Part shown: positions 35,401 through 47,056 of the stretch, in pieces
How the letters are laid out: every line of letters starts with the position of its first letter
Numbering within the stretch: position 1 is the stretch's first letter
From: Takakia lepidozioides
Taxonomy: Eukaryota; Plantae; Bryophyta
Assembly: GCA_030704615.1 (NCBI GenBank)
Contig: CM060731.1
Span: 93,124,001 to 93,188,000, forward strand
Length of the DNA stretch: 64,000 bases
Reading direction: 5' to 3'
Program-made: the position numbers and the translations under genes
Notes under the pieces: generated by a model
Told to the model about the DNA's origin: nothing
Database searches by the model: none
The model's input: only the letters and a program-made list of their open reading frames with translations

Positions 35401-38400
35401 CCGGCGCCATTTTCCGAGGTTGGGGCCGAATATGCCTAAGTCCCAGAACTCACTGGGCCCGGAACTGGAAAAATGGCGCCGAATTTCCTGTTTTGGTGCC
35501 TGCCTCTAAAGGGACTTAGCCATTTTCGGGGCCATTCACTGGAAATTCGGCGCCATTTTCCCAGGTTGGGCCTGAAAATGGCTAAGTCCCAGAGCTGACT
35601 TTGCCTTGATCTGGAAAAATGGCGCCGAATTTCCGGATTCGGTGCCAGCCACCCCAGGGACCTAGCCATTTTCGGGGCCCTCAACTAGAAATTTGGCACC
35701 ATTTTCCCAGGTTGGGGCCGAGAATGGCTAAGTCCCAGATCTAACTGGGCCTGCAACTAGAAAAATGGCGCCGAATTTCCGGACTGAGTGCCAGGCACCC
35801 CCTGGACAGCCATCCCCCAGGGCCCGAATTCGGAAATTCGGCGCCATTTTTCCTAGGACCACAACTAATTTTCATGCGCCACATAGGGCCTCTTACATCC
35901 TGGAAATGTTAGGACTAAAAAGAAAGGCACAGCGTATGTACATGTACAGAAGGCGCATTGCCGCTTTGTCCGCGTTCGGCTAGTCGGTGAACTCGTGGCT
36001 CCGGCGGGCATGGGGTATCTCTCGAAAGAATAGGTCGGTTTTGTAGAGCAGAAAGTACCTCGTCACATCGTCGCGTAGGCTCTCAGCTTCACCAGAAATC
36101 TCCAGCTTGAACTGATGTACTTGTGTGTCAAGCTGCTCTTGCGCATTCGTCGTCACCTGTGGAGATTCTCCATCAGACCGTTTTCCTCAAAAAATACAAT
36201 AAATCCATCCGATACAAGAGTAGACGCCCCAAATGAAGCGTGGGAAAGTACCTGAAACCACCATGTCATGCGGTACATCCACATGTCGAATGTGGGGTCG
36301 GACAGTTTGTCGGGTTTGGGGAAGCTCCACATGTCCCTTGTACTTTGGGAACCATTCCAGATTTGGAGCCACCGGGTCTGTCCAACCACCAGCATATTAG
36401 TAAGCGCAAAACACCACAAAAACGAATTGCTGCCACGACAATTTGGTTAAGAATGTATAACCTTTTCTGTTGCATCCACACATGATGTGGCTAGACGATG
36501 CAACTTCTCCAATGTCATTGTGGGCTTCAGAGCACGGGAATAGTGCTTCCCCACCTCCACCAGAAAATCGGCACCAAGGGCGGGATCAGCTATGGCCACG
36601 TACTTTACCATCCGCGACTTGTACTTGATGCGGGCCTTCGCCTCCGCAGCTTTGAGATACGATTCCAGTGCCGGAAGGGTTAGTTTCTTCTCCTCTGACT
36701 CCATGTAGAACCTCCGCGCATGTGCCAAATCCTGCTGAATTTTTGTCTGTCAAGAATGCGCACATATGATTAGAGATCCTGCTCAACACTTTTTCTTCTA
36801 TTGGGGGAGGAGAGACAGATTAGCTCAACAAAACAGTGAGGAGCTTTACCCGAAATATGTAGTCCACCATGGCGTCCATGCTCAGCCTATACCAGGTTCT
36901 GTCTGCCTTTGCCTCCGACTTGCGCAGGAGGTCGGCACTGAGCGAATTGGCAAACTCTTGCACCCCCTGCTTCCCGACATCCTTCATTCGGAGGAGCACA
37001 TGGGACAAGTTGGTGGCAATGAAGGCATTCTCAGTCACCCTGCAATGCCACATTTCCATCAAACAATACAGAAATGAGAATTTGCAACAAATATGACGAT
37101 TGGCAATGAAATGTCTGTTTCAAATTCAAAGTTCCAAAGCAAGAAGCATTGTAACTTACGAGTTGATGTCTGCCATTGCCGCTTTGGGAAGACTGCGATC
37201 TTTGGGCCCCGCAACCTTGAGCACAACACACTCCACGGCGAAATGCCAATCTAGGTCGTTGGGGTGGGCTTGGGCTATGTACTCCATCCATGCCAGGAGG
37301 CGATGATTGCCGTCCCACACGTAAAACATCTTTCCGGTCAAGTGCTGGAAAAGAGGATCAGTAGAAATCAATCTCTCAAACTCCTCATTTCGCCTTTGCC
37401 AATGGGGACCCCATTTGTCCACCTCATCGGAAGTGTGGGCACGAGAAGCTCTGTGGTCGTTCTCCATGGAAACATAAAACGCGGCAGACCCCATTCGATA
37501 TCCCTCCCGGAAAGAGAATTTCAGCTTGTCGATATCGCCTGGGAGGGCAGGTCTGACCACCTGCAATGAAACCAAGCGGCAAAGGGGAATCCGAAGCTTG
37601 GCCAGGTACACCATGCCCCCCAGGACCCTGCCAATGTTGCTGTGGGTTGCCTCCAACATCTTGGCAGCGGCCAACTTCATATCCGCCTCCGACATGACGT
37701 CTGTTGCAGGGGGGTTCTCCGGCAGCCCACCCGGACCGCCAAATCCAGCCTGTATGCTCCGGGTTTGGGGCCTGGGGATGTCCGGGAGGATGTCATCCTG
37801 GTCAGAAAGCTCCATCTCGTCGTCCTCAACATGGTCAACCACCGCCGGAACCACCTCGAGCACTCTCCCCATCTCTACTGCCCTCTCCCCGGCTTCACCT
37901 CGAACTTGCACAATCCGTGCTCTTTGTGGTGTTCTTTCCCCTCCTCCAGTCTCCACCATATGGGTAATTGCGGGGGCTGCTCCTGCCCGTGATGGTGTAA
38001 CCGGTGTGTTACTGCCTCTTTGTGGTGTCTTGGAGGGATCCACCATCTCTGTGCGTCCCTCGCTTACATGGGCATCTGTCATTTCGACACCCCTGGCCTC
38101 TTCAATGGCCTTTTCTCTTTCCTCCTGGCTAGCCTTCTGTCTCGCCTGTTCTTTTGCCCTCTCTTTTGCCCTCTCACAGGCTTTCTGTTTCTTACTAGGG
38201 GTAGCAGCAGGGGAGCCCTCCAGGACGACCACCTTTGATTGAGGCGAACTGACACCCTCGCGCGCCCTGCTCACTCCCCCCTCCGCAGCCCGTGACGGCT
38301 CTCTCGCCGGGGATTGCATGTGCTTGGCTTTCTTCTTCTTCTTTGCGTGGGCGGGCCCTACTGCATGTGCATCAACATCCTCCATTGCCGGATCTGTTGT

Positions 38401-38763
38401 CCTCATGCGATGCCCTTCACCTGCCATGCCGCCTGCACCAACCTCCCCAATGCCTATTCTGTCGTACTCTCGCTGCAGGTCCTCCCGTCCACCAACAAAA
38501 GGTTTTAGTTTGCCCTCCCGCCCCAAGTTGGGCGATCCAAACATGCGATGAGTAGCGACTTTTGGAGTGACTGCTCGAGCAGTTGGAGCTGTCGATGATA
38601 CCACCAGTGTGCCGGGCTCGTCGTCACTCTGTCCTCCCCAAAAATCGTGAGAACCAACATCGGAATGAAAACCACCATCGCAACAATCGTGGAACAACAA
38701 TGAAAACAAAAAAAAACCAAGTATGGAGTGGCATGGAACAACAATGAAAACAAATCGAACCAA
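32486..38763 (-). pseudogene. ParB/Srx-domain plus beta-class amino-methyltransferase-like fusion gene, copy 3 (near full length; stops and an internal inversion)
   Basis: RIPLCRL..VRP..FYVWDGNHRLLAW (DGNHR 37300-37314); helical middle exons; CDMILLDIPDG (33958-33972); AFIQTLMETCSDVQGRILDLTCGTG|ASMWARTLSDRHVFAFEPD. Multiple GT-AG introns. The exact start codon is uncertain. Confidence 0.85.
34890..35870. repeat. Intronic array of alternating-orientation units (about 72 bp; about 145-bp dimers)
   Basis: CTGGAAAAATGGCGCCGAATTTCC alternates with CTGGAAATTCGGCGCCATTTTCC, separated by GGGACTTAGCC or GGCTAAGTCCC. Confidence 0.9.
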
Positions 38764-39624
38764 TGCCTAAACATGCACAAGCAGCCTTCTCCAGAGCTGC
38801 CGGCTTTGCACACGCATTGCAAACTATCTAAGGTTCACTCAACCAGTAACATGAAACACGATGAACAAATGAACACGAATTCCATAAGACGGGAAAACAG
38901 GGTGAAATGTTTTGAAGGCACTTCATCTGCTCAGACAATCTTATCAGCTCAGCATGGATTTCCTTAATTCCGAGCTGCAACCTGTTATCTACAACGAGGT
39001 GTGCACCCTGTTGCAAATCTGAATGCAGCAACGACTTGGCTCCTTTCTAACCACTCTGACCTTGATCATTCTTCTCAACAACTCCTGCTTTTGCGATGCA
39101 ACCATGCGCTTCCAGGGCTGCCAAGCTGAAGATGCGAAAACAAACCAAAAAACGAAGAAAACCGCACGTGTTACACAAAGCGAAAGAGGAAGTGGCTTGC
39201 CTGAGAGTGCTCGGCTTCAGTTGGCGCGGGTTGTGAGCAAGACAATGGAATCTCCTGCTGGAGCTTAAGTTTGGCCATGCGAGAGGTTGGACGTCGCCCG
39301 TAGTACAAAGCCTTCAGCTTCCGCCGCGGTCTGGATGTGGGGTCTCTCTCAGGAGAGCCACGCCCTTCTCCACGCGGCATAAGTCCCAGCAAAAGAAAAA
39401 AGATCTCGCCAAATGTGTGCGTACATGCCTCGAATAGAAGTTCATCCAAGTTTAGCATCAGGTTTCCAAGGCGTATCCGGGAAGCAACCGCGGAATCCCT
39501 GTGACGCCAGCCCGGTTCAAAACCGACGGCGGAGGACATTTAATGCCCAACTGCGCCATTAATGTATGGAGGTCGGTCACAGGCGCCCACCGAATATCCC
39601 CCCGAGACTTCGTCAATCGCCCGC

Positions 39625-41100
39625 TGGATGGAAAAAATTGGCGCCGAATTTCCATCCAACGGATAAAGTGTGACGCAACGAGGCCCTCCCTCCGCCCGAG
39701 TAGTTCTCATCCAGGAGACGCCGGATGGAAATCCGACGCCAAATTTCCATCCGCCAGGTAAGTCAGAGGGGCGCCGGATGGAAATCCGGCTTCGAATTTC
39801 CATCCTGCAGGTAATTCGGAGCGCGGACAGATGGAAATCCGGCGCCGAATTTCCATCCGCCAGGTAAGTCGGAGCGCGGGCGGATGGAAATCCGGCGCCA
39901 AATTTCCATCCTGCAGGTAATTCGAAGAGCGGACGGATAGAAATCCGGCGCCGAATTTCCATCCTGCAGGTAACTCGGAGCGCGGGCGGATGGAAATCTG
40001 GCGCCGAATTTCCATCCTGCAGGTAATTCGGTCCACCTCATCGATGGATAACCGGCAACGAATTTGTCTTTAGCGGACCAGAATGGTGGGAATAACGTGC
40101 GAAATGTGGCATGTAGGCAAAAAAACTCCAAGTTTAGTGTGTAGCCATACAAAAAAACGCGAAAAACTTGCAACGACTATAAATTCTTGAAGAAGTGCCG
40201 ATACGGGCTTCATCTTACGGGCCTCGGATGGAAATTCGGCGCCGAATTTCCATCCTACAGGTAATTCGGAGCGCGGACGGATGGAAATTCGGCGCCGTTT
40301 TTCCATCCGGGGTATGATCTCAGTCGACCAGGTGTCGGCCTCTCCCCCCGAAACGACTTCATCCGGCCGGCCTCCGATGGAAATTCGGCGCCGTTTTTCC
40401 ATCCGGGGGATGTTCTCTGTCGAGCAGGTGTCGGCCTCGGATGGAAATTCGGCGCCGTTTTTCCATCCGGGGGTTGATCTCAGTCGAGCAGGTGTCGGCC
40501 TCTCCCCCCGAAACGACTTGATCCGGCCGGCCTCCGATGGAAATTCGGCGCCGTTTTTCCATCCGGGGGATGTTCTCTGTCGGCCAGGTGTCGGCCTCCG
40601 ATGGAAATTCGGCGCCGTTTTTTCCATCCAGGAGATATTCTCTGTCGAGCAGGTGTCGACCTCCGATGGAAATTTGGCGCCGTTTTTCCATCCGGGGGAT
40701 GTTCTCTGTCGAGCAGGTGTCGGCCTCCGATGGAAATTCGGCGCCGTTTTTCCATCCGGGAGAAGTTCTCTGTTGAGCAGGTGTCGGCCTCGGATGGAAA
40801 TTCGGCGCCGTTTTTCCATCCGGGGGATATTCTCTGTCCAGCAGGTGTCGGCCTCTCCCCCCGAAACGACTTCATCCGGCCGGCCTCAGATGGAAATTCG
40901 GCGCCGTTTTTCCATCCGGGGGATGATCTCAGTCGGCCAGGTGTCGGCCTCTCCCCCCGAGAAGACTTCATCCAACGGGCCTCGGATGGAAATTCGGCGC
41001 CGTTTTTCCATCCGGGTGATGTTCTCTGTCGGCCACGTGACTGATTCACCCTGGTGACAAAATCGTCCGACCGGCCTCGGATGCAAATTCGGCGCCGCTG
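39625..41100. repeat. Two palindrome arrays between the divergent genes
   Basis: About 19 copies of GATGGAAATTCGGCGCCG(A/T)(A/T)TTTCCATCC. Period 53 bp at 39722-40030, and 64/96 bp at 40279-41100. Perfect 30-bp palindrome at 40226-40255. Confidence 0.92.
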
Positions 41101-41515
41101 TTGTATGTTGACTTTTGGCGGTGAGGTTCTGGCACTCAATCTTGTAATCAGACCCACTGGAATGCCACCTCTGTCAGTTCCCTCTGTCCATGGGGAAGGT
41201 GCTTGCACGCTCGCGCCCCCACGCTTCTTGTCAGACGCCGTAATGATTGGTTTGCGCAGCGCATCTGCACAAGTTATATACCTTATGACTGCATACCGTT
41301 GGCAGTTATTGCGCAAAGGCCAGGGGCTGCATTCCGCAGAGAAGGTTCATTAACTCTCTGACAGTGGATTTCCGGGAGAGTGGGCTCCCCGGATTCGTGA
41401 ATACACTTCGTCGCTTGCAAAAATCGGCCCTGCATTTCTTCCCCTCGCTGCATCGCCCCTTCTCCTAGGGCGCTTGTCCGAACGCCGTCCTGGCAGTCTT
41501 GTGTGCACAACTCCC

Positions 41516-44392
41516 ATGGCAGAAAACTCGAGCGCTATAGTGTACTGCCCTCCTCACGAGCATAGAGCTACATTTCCGTGCAGAGGGGAGATCTGCGGGG
41601 TGATGGAGAAATATCTCTGCGTTCGATACCACCTGAAACCGGGGTCGGTATTTTTGGAGGAGGAAAAGAAGGATTCAAACAAAGTTGTAGTCGAAAGTAT
41701 TGTTGTGCTCCACGATGATTTTGGCGACGGCAGGGAATGGCGAGTTCCACCATCGGACAACGTCATATACAGGGCTGTTGGGGACTTCATTTGCCCCCCA
41801 AATGCGCCTTCTATCCTGCCGCCTTCCACGAAACAATCAGCGAATCAGAGAGTGGGTACCTCAAAGAGAGAAGTCCGCAATGAAGTAAATCCAGAGCCGA
41901 ACCCATCAATGAAGACAAGCGAGAACCGGGTTGTTCACAACTTGTCCGACTCCGACGAGATCATGGAAGTTCCGAGATCATCCTGGAGATCAGGCAAGTC
42001 CCCGATGGACATCAGCGGACGAGGGAGTCATATTCCCAGCACGAACACAACAGTTCGATCCATTCTTGAAATTCTGCGAGGGCTTCACATGGAAGGACAC
42101 CGCTCGGAGCTGGCTGGGCTGGACTACAACAAGTTTGCCATTAAATCCATTACATGCCTTCCCGCAGACATCAACGGTAATATGTTCTTTGAGTTCCCTT
42201 CCTCGAACGGACTATTCGAGGGCGTCCGGAATGTTGACAGATATAGATAGGATACATGACGGCCATCCTTGGTGCGTCACCAAAACCACCAGCATGAAGA
42301 TGCTCGATGGTGTGCGGGCGCGTTGCGGTGTTTTTCCCCAACTTGCTTCCACTTTAAATCCAGAGGTCACAAGGAACGAGACGGATTGGACAGGCACAGC
42401 TCATCAACCATTTTGAGCTCAGGAGAAGGTTCCAAACTCCACATTTAAGTGTGCGCATTGCAAAGAACCACCACATTGCATGTCTGTTTGTAATGCCAAG
42501 CAGTTCTATGTGTTGCACCGTTTCCCTGACCTCACACGAGCTTGCATACACGTTGGTTCCCATTGTCACAAATTGACGAGGGGGAACTCGCGGGAGGTTG
42601 CCCACGAGGCAGAGCAGCTCATTCAGGAGGAGGTTAGGTTGAGACCTGGTGCCAAACCCAAACAGATATAGCTGCAGGCCGCCCATAAGATGGCATTGGC
42701 CAGAATTATGTCGGAAGACGGCTCCGACAGAGTTCCTCTCGATGAGAAGGAAATGGAGGCATTGCTGGAGTCAGTGTGGAACAGGTTTACGTCAGGTGCT
42801 ACAAAGAAATCAGACGAGGGAGCAATGGTCAGTTGGCTAGCATGGTGGCATTATCGTTTCCTCCAGTTCGGCGACTATATGCAGGAGGTGAGTTGGACGA
42901 ATTCGCGTCACGTTGAATATTATGCTACTCATTCTTTGTAACTTGCTTGTAACCTCAACATGTGCATGTGCAGGAAATGTGTCTGGACTCCGACACCGAC
43001 ATGCCGACAACAAACATGGCCGAATCAGTACATTCTTCCTGGCGTGCCTCCTCTGCGGCGCATCTGGTGGATATCCTCACTACCACAACGGAGGACATTG
43101 TCAGGTCAATTATGCAGCAATGCAGGTACAACGAGTTCTTGAAAGGGAAACAGTGGGGCTTGGGGCCGGACAGGCAGGAAATGCTGATGCGGACTGCCTC
43201 CAGATCGAAGAATCCTCGCAAGTGGGCGGCAGCCTTGCGAGAGGGCCTTCGGGACACGCCATTGCTTCGAAGAGGCCAACACTTGGAAGGAGATGTTCAC
43301 ACCCGTCCAGTGAGACGAAGACTTGACGAGGTACCTGGCGGAGAAGAGGATTCATGGCGAGCTGACAAGAATATGCGCACGCTCCCTCGTGGTCTCGTGA
43401 TGTTGCCCGAGGAGGTCTCGTCGAGCACCGCAGGTCCTGCACGTTCAAGATCGTCATCTCCTTTGAGCACAGGGCACGTGCCCGAGGAACATAACGAGAC
43501 ATCTGTAGTAACGCAGTACAACATACCCATTGTGGAGACAAGAGTGTCGGAGTCACAGTGGAGAATAGTAAGGACATTGTCGGCATTTCGAGGGAAGTGT
43601 TGCGCCATCCGGGTGGATACGAGAGCACGCTGTGGTGAGATGATTCGGAGGAACCCACACGGTGCTGTACTTGCACCTTGTTTCAGCGGCAGATTTTTGA
43701 CTCCCACATTCTCTCACACCACGACGCAGACATTTTGGTTCTGTAGGCACGACATAATGACCTGTGTATTTGGCATGCCCAAGTACGGGATTCAAGGAAT
43801 GTCGGAGCCTCCGGGCGTCTGGCCTGTTGCACCGGGTTGCAACCTCTCTCAGAATGAGGCGGATGCTCTTTCTGCAGCAGGATTTCGAATGGTGCAACGC
43901 ACAGACGTCCCGGCCCACTCGTTTCCAGTTCCTCAGACCCAGCCATTGTAGGCTGCTCTGTACAGTAGAGACGGATTGGACAATTCTGCACATCCCACAA
44001 TGCGATTCGGAAGAGTGAAGAGACGATACCCTCCCAACAAGTTGAATGAGACTCGGATTGCCAATGCTCTTGGGATGGCTTGCACTATTCAGAGCTCCGT
44101 GGACGTACCCCCACCCGGCCTTGGGCGTGTTTATCGGATGGCAACGGCCGGCTCAGCTGTACGCGACAACGTATACACAATTACGATTGGAGTGGAGCCG
44201 ACTTGCAATTGTACGGACTTCTCGTTGGTGGAAGCAAAGAAAGGGTCAAAGTATTATCCATGCAAGCATCTGTATTACATTTACCTGAAGAGGTTGAGGA
44301 TGAACTTGACTATTGATGACTTTATTCATGCACCAGCGTTGAGCGTGAACGATCTGCACAAACTCCTCCGCCGGGATTCCAGAAATCATTGA
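41516..44392 (+). pseudogene. Mutator-like transposase with C-terminal SWIM zinc finger, decayed and probably internally deleted
   Basis: DGHPW..CAHC..C..HVGSHCH Zn-binding region; WLAWW; TTNMAESVH (E at 43022); SWIM CNC-x15-CKH. Intron 42888-42973. In-frame stops at 42414, 42669 and 43949; frameshift near 42245. Confidence 0.7.
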
Positions 44393-44659
44393 TGGGGAAA
44401 AAGGAATCCACCATATGGATATTTGCAATTGCATTTTTATGCATTAGACTTTGATTTGCAGTGTAATGAATTGCACCCCAAAACTCCTGGAATGAGACAG
44501 ACAATATTAAAGTGATGTCTTTTAAACACTAGGGACTGTCGGATATCCGTTGACGTCCAGTGGCAATTCAATGTCGAAACAGAATCAATACAAAGATGGC
44601 GGCAAGAAAAATTTACAAATCTTCCAGAAAACTGAGTTCCAACAGTTGCAGTTGAGGGG

Positions 44660-44980
44660 GCCATTTCTGGAAAAATGGCGCCGAATTTCCTTTTTTTGGG
44701 CCGAAAACTGGCTAAGTCCCAACATTGTCTGGGAAAATGGCACCGAATTTCCAGTTACATGGCCCAGAACAACCCAACATTTGTGCAATGCCCGGCACCA
44801 TGTACCGAAATTCTGCACCACATTTCCAAATTTTGGGCTTACACTTCAATGAAGTTGGGACCTATAACCGCGAAATTCGGCACCATTTTTCGCCGGAATC
44901 ACCTATTACCGCGTAATATGTCGCCGATTTTTCTGCTTGCGGAACCTATTACCGCGAAATTCGGCGCCATTTTTGCAGAT
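44660..44980. repeat. Subterminal copies of the GGCGCC palindrome
   Basis: CTGGAAAAATGGCGCCGAATTTCC, GGCTAAGTCCC, CGCGAAATTCGGCGCCATTTTT. Confidence 0.8.
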
Positions 44981-45307
44981 GTCGCTCGGAATTCGCATGA
45001 GCGGAAAACGAAATATCATGAGCACGGCTCTCAAAACTACAATTTCTACTTCAAACAATGAATATTATATTGGGGTTTTTTTTTTTTTTTTTTTGGACAC
45101 ATCCCATTAAAATAATGTTTTTAATGTTTTTTATTTACAGAATTTGTACTTCTGCTCATGAAAACCGATTGTCTTACTACTCCGCTCATGCCGCTCATGC
45201 TCATGAAATAGCTAACCTCCTAACAGGAGCCAAAAGCCAACATTTGTAGGATGGACAAACTTCTTTACATCCTACATTAAGAAAAAGCCACACCTTGCGA
45301 TTGCGAT

Positions 45308-45870
45308 TGTCCCACCATCGTGAAGAAACTCATGCCAAAACTGCTCCGTGCTGCAAATTCAGGGCCGAGTCTAATGAGAGGGCAAAACAGGCTGAAATAG
45401 GTCGAAGAAGAAAGTGCCCTCACCACATTGTCCTCGACCTTGTGTCATGACCCATGGAGGATTTGACTGACCATGAACCCAAGAGGACCTCTTGTGTGTG
45501 TTGCTTGTGTCTGTAGTCTGGTAATGTCAGATTGGTCAGTGAGAACCACCATGGTGCAGTTGAGCGGGCAGAGATTGAAACACAGTCTGCGTTAGGGTTC
45601 AACCTATCCGACATCATTTCCTCATATGTCTCCAAAGCCTTCGTACCACACTGCGATCATTGCATTCCACGACACGGCATCTTGGCAGCCATTTCGTCGA
45701 ACACACCCTTCGCATCCTTGGAAAACTCATGGTTGTTGTCCCACCATCGTGAAGGGTAAAACTCGTGCCAGCTCTGCTCCGTGCTGCAAATTCAAGGCCG
45801 AGTCTGATGAGAGGGCAAAACAGGCTGAAATAGGTCGAAGAAGAAGGTGCCCTCACCACATTGGCCTCGA
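45308..45870. repeat. About 130-bp direct repeat (45308-45438; 45737-45870) flanking a PPR scrap
   Basis: tgtcccaccatcgtgaag..ccctcaccacattg occurs twice. Minus-strand DAKGVFDEM..ALETYEEMMSDRLNPN lies between the copies. Confidence 0.75.
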
Positions 45871-47056
45871 GTTCCTGCTATCACGATGCTTGGCACTAAG
45901 AAGACTGGACCCCAAAAAACGCTAAGTCCCAGCCCTGCACACCGCGACCTAACAGCCCTAAATTCGAGCCAACTTTTGAAGTTTTTGAACGTTTTGCACC
46001 CTAACATTATATAAAATAATTATATGGTCCATGTAATTATGTGAAGGTATTTTTAGCTATATATATATGTTAGGGTGCAAAACGTATATATATAACAAGG
46101 TACAAAGGCCCTGGTTAATTTATTTAATGGGTAAGGTTCATAGTCATGAAATGAGTAGTTAAAACAACTATTTCTATCTAATACTGATTTATATATTTCA
46201 ATTTACATGAATTTAAAATATAATTGTGGAGTTGCTAATGAAGTTGTTGAAACCACTTACAATTTAAAATAAATCACCTTGTATAGAGACTCACCATGCT
46301 ACCCACCTAGACCTGGGTTTCCTTTTTGGTCTCTTGTTAAAATTCTATGGATTTTTTCAAAATATTCTGGTTTTTTCTTTGATGTGTGAGATGACAAAGT
46401 CCAAGCATGTTACATAAACAAGGAGTTCAACGTAAGGATGATGCAAGTGATTTGTGGCAAAAAATGTAAATCATGCCTATGTCTGTTTGTCCTAGTTGTG
46501 TCATAGGTTGCAACGGAACGGGGCCACCTTTGAATGCGATCCCCATGCTCATTTCACCAAGGGCATTATAGACTTCATAATGTAGAGATTGAAAATGGGG
46601 TGTAGCAGGGGGTGATTCTTCACTTGCTAGTAGCCCATCGTGCAGATTTCTAAACATAAACATGAAGCTCATGATCATTTTCCAAGGGCATCATTCTCAA
46701 ACTCCCCATACACCACAATTAATGTGGGAATTCCATGGTCCCATTTCACACATGTGTGTAACATGCCATATAAAACTAAGCCAACTCCCACCACGCTTAT
46801 GGCTGTTTTCACACCGTTATTGCCTCGGGTGTGGATCACATGTGAGACACCCCACAGTTAGGGCATATTTTGACCCACACCTTGGCTCACTCTACAGACC
46901 CGTGATAAAAGCCGTGGAATGTGCCAGGTGTGAGATGACATACCCGTGGAAAAAGCCGGTTTCTCTTCTAGTGATATTGCACATTTGGTATGCGTTGCAT
47001 TGTCACTTTCACGTAATTTTTTTTGTGTAAATCTTTGTGGGTGGGGATATATGTAG

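Larger units (their letters stand above)
32253..45219. mobile_element. Mutator-like DNA transposon carrying a ParB-methyltransferase gene and a SWIM transposase
   Basis: Left TIR GGGGGTTGCTATTTCATGAGCGGCATGAGCATGAGCGGA (32253-32291). Right TIR (45181-45219) reverse complement GAGGTTAGCTATTTCATGAGCATGAGCGGCATGAGCGGA. Identical 9-bp flanks CTAACAGGA at 32244-32252 and 45220-45228. Confidence 0.9.
30227..46973. mobile_element. Non-autonomous (Pack-like) CACTA element, about 3.8 kb without the nested insertion
   Basis: 30-bp TIRs CACTAGAAGAGAAACCG(A/G)CTTTTTCCACGG (30227-30256; 46944-46973; one mismatch). TSD ATA at 30224-30226 and 46974-46976. CCACGG/CCGTGG subterminal repeats. Confidence 0.93.

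Noticed and set aside
37526-38242. 238-aa plus-strand ORF
   Set aside because: Antisense shadow of the ParB exon.
32486-38763. Bacterial contamination or prophage as the source of ParB and MTase
   Set aside because: The gene has conserved GT-AG introns in several copies and is bounded by TIRs and a TSD inside plant TE sequence.
39722-41100. CRISPR-like array of about 30-bp palindromic repeats
   Set aside because: The spacers are themselves repeated, no cas genes are present, and the context is eukaryotic.
39501-41316. Long ORFs on both strands (e.g. 40070-40819, 40281-41057, 40480-41316)
   Set aside because: They are translations of the palindrome array and are open in several frames.
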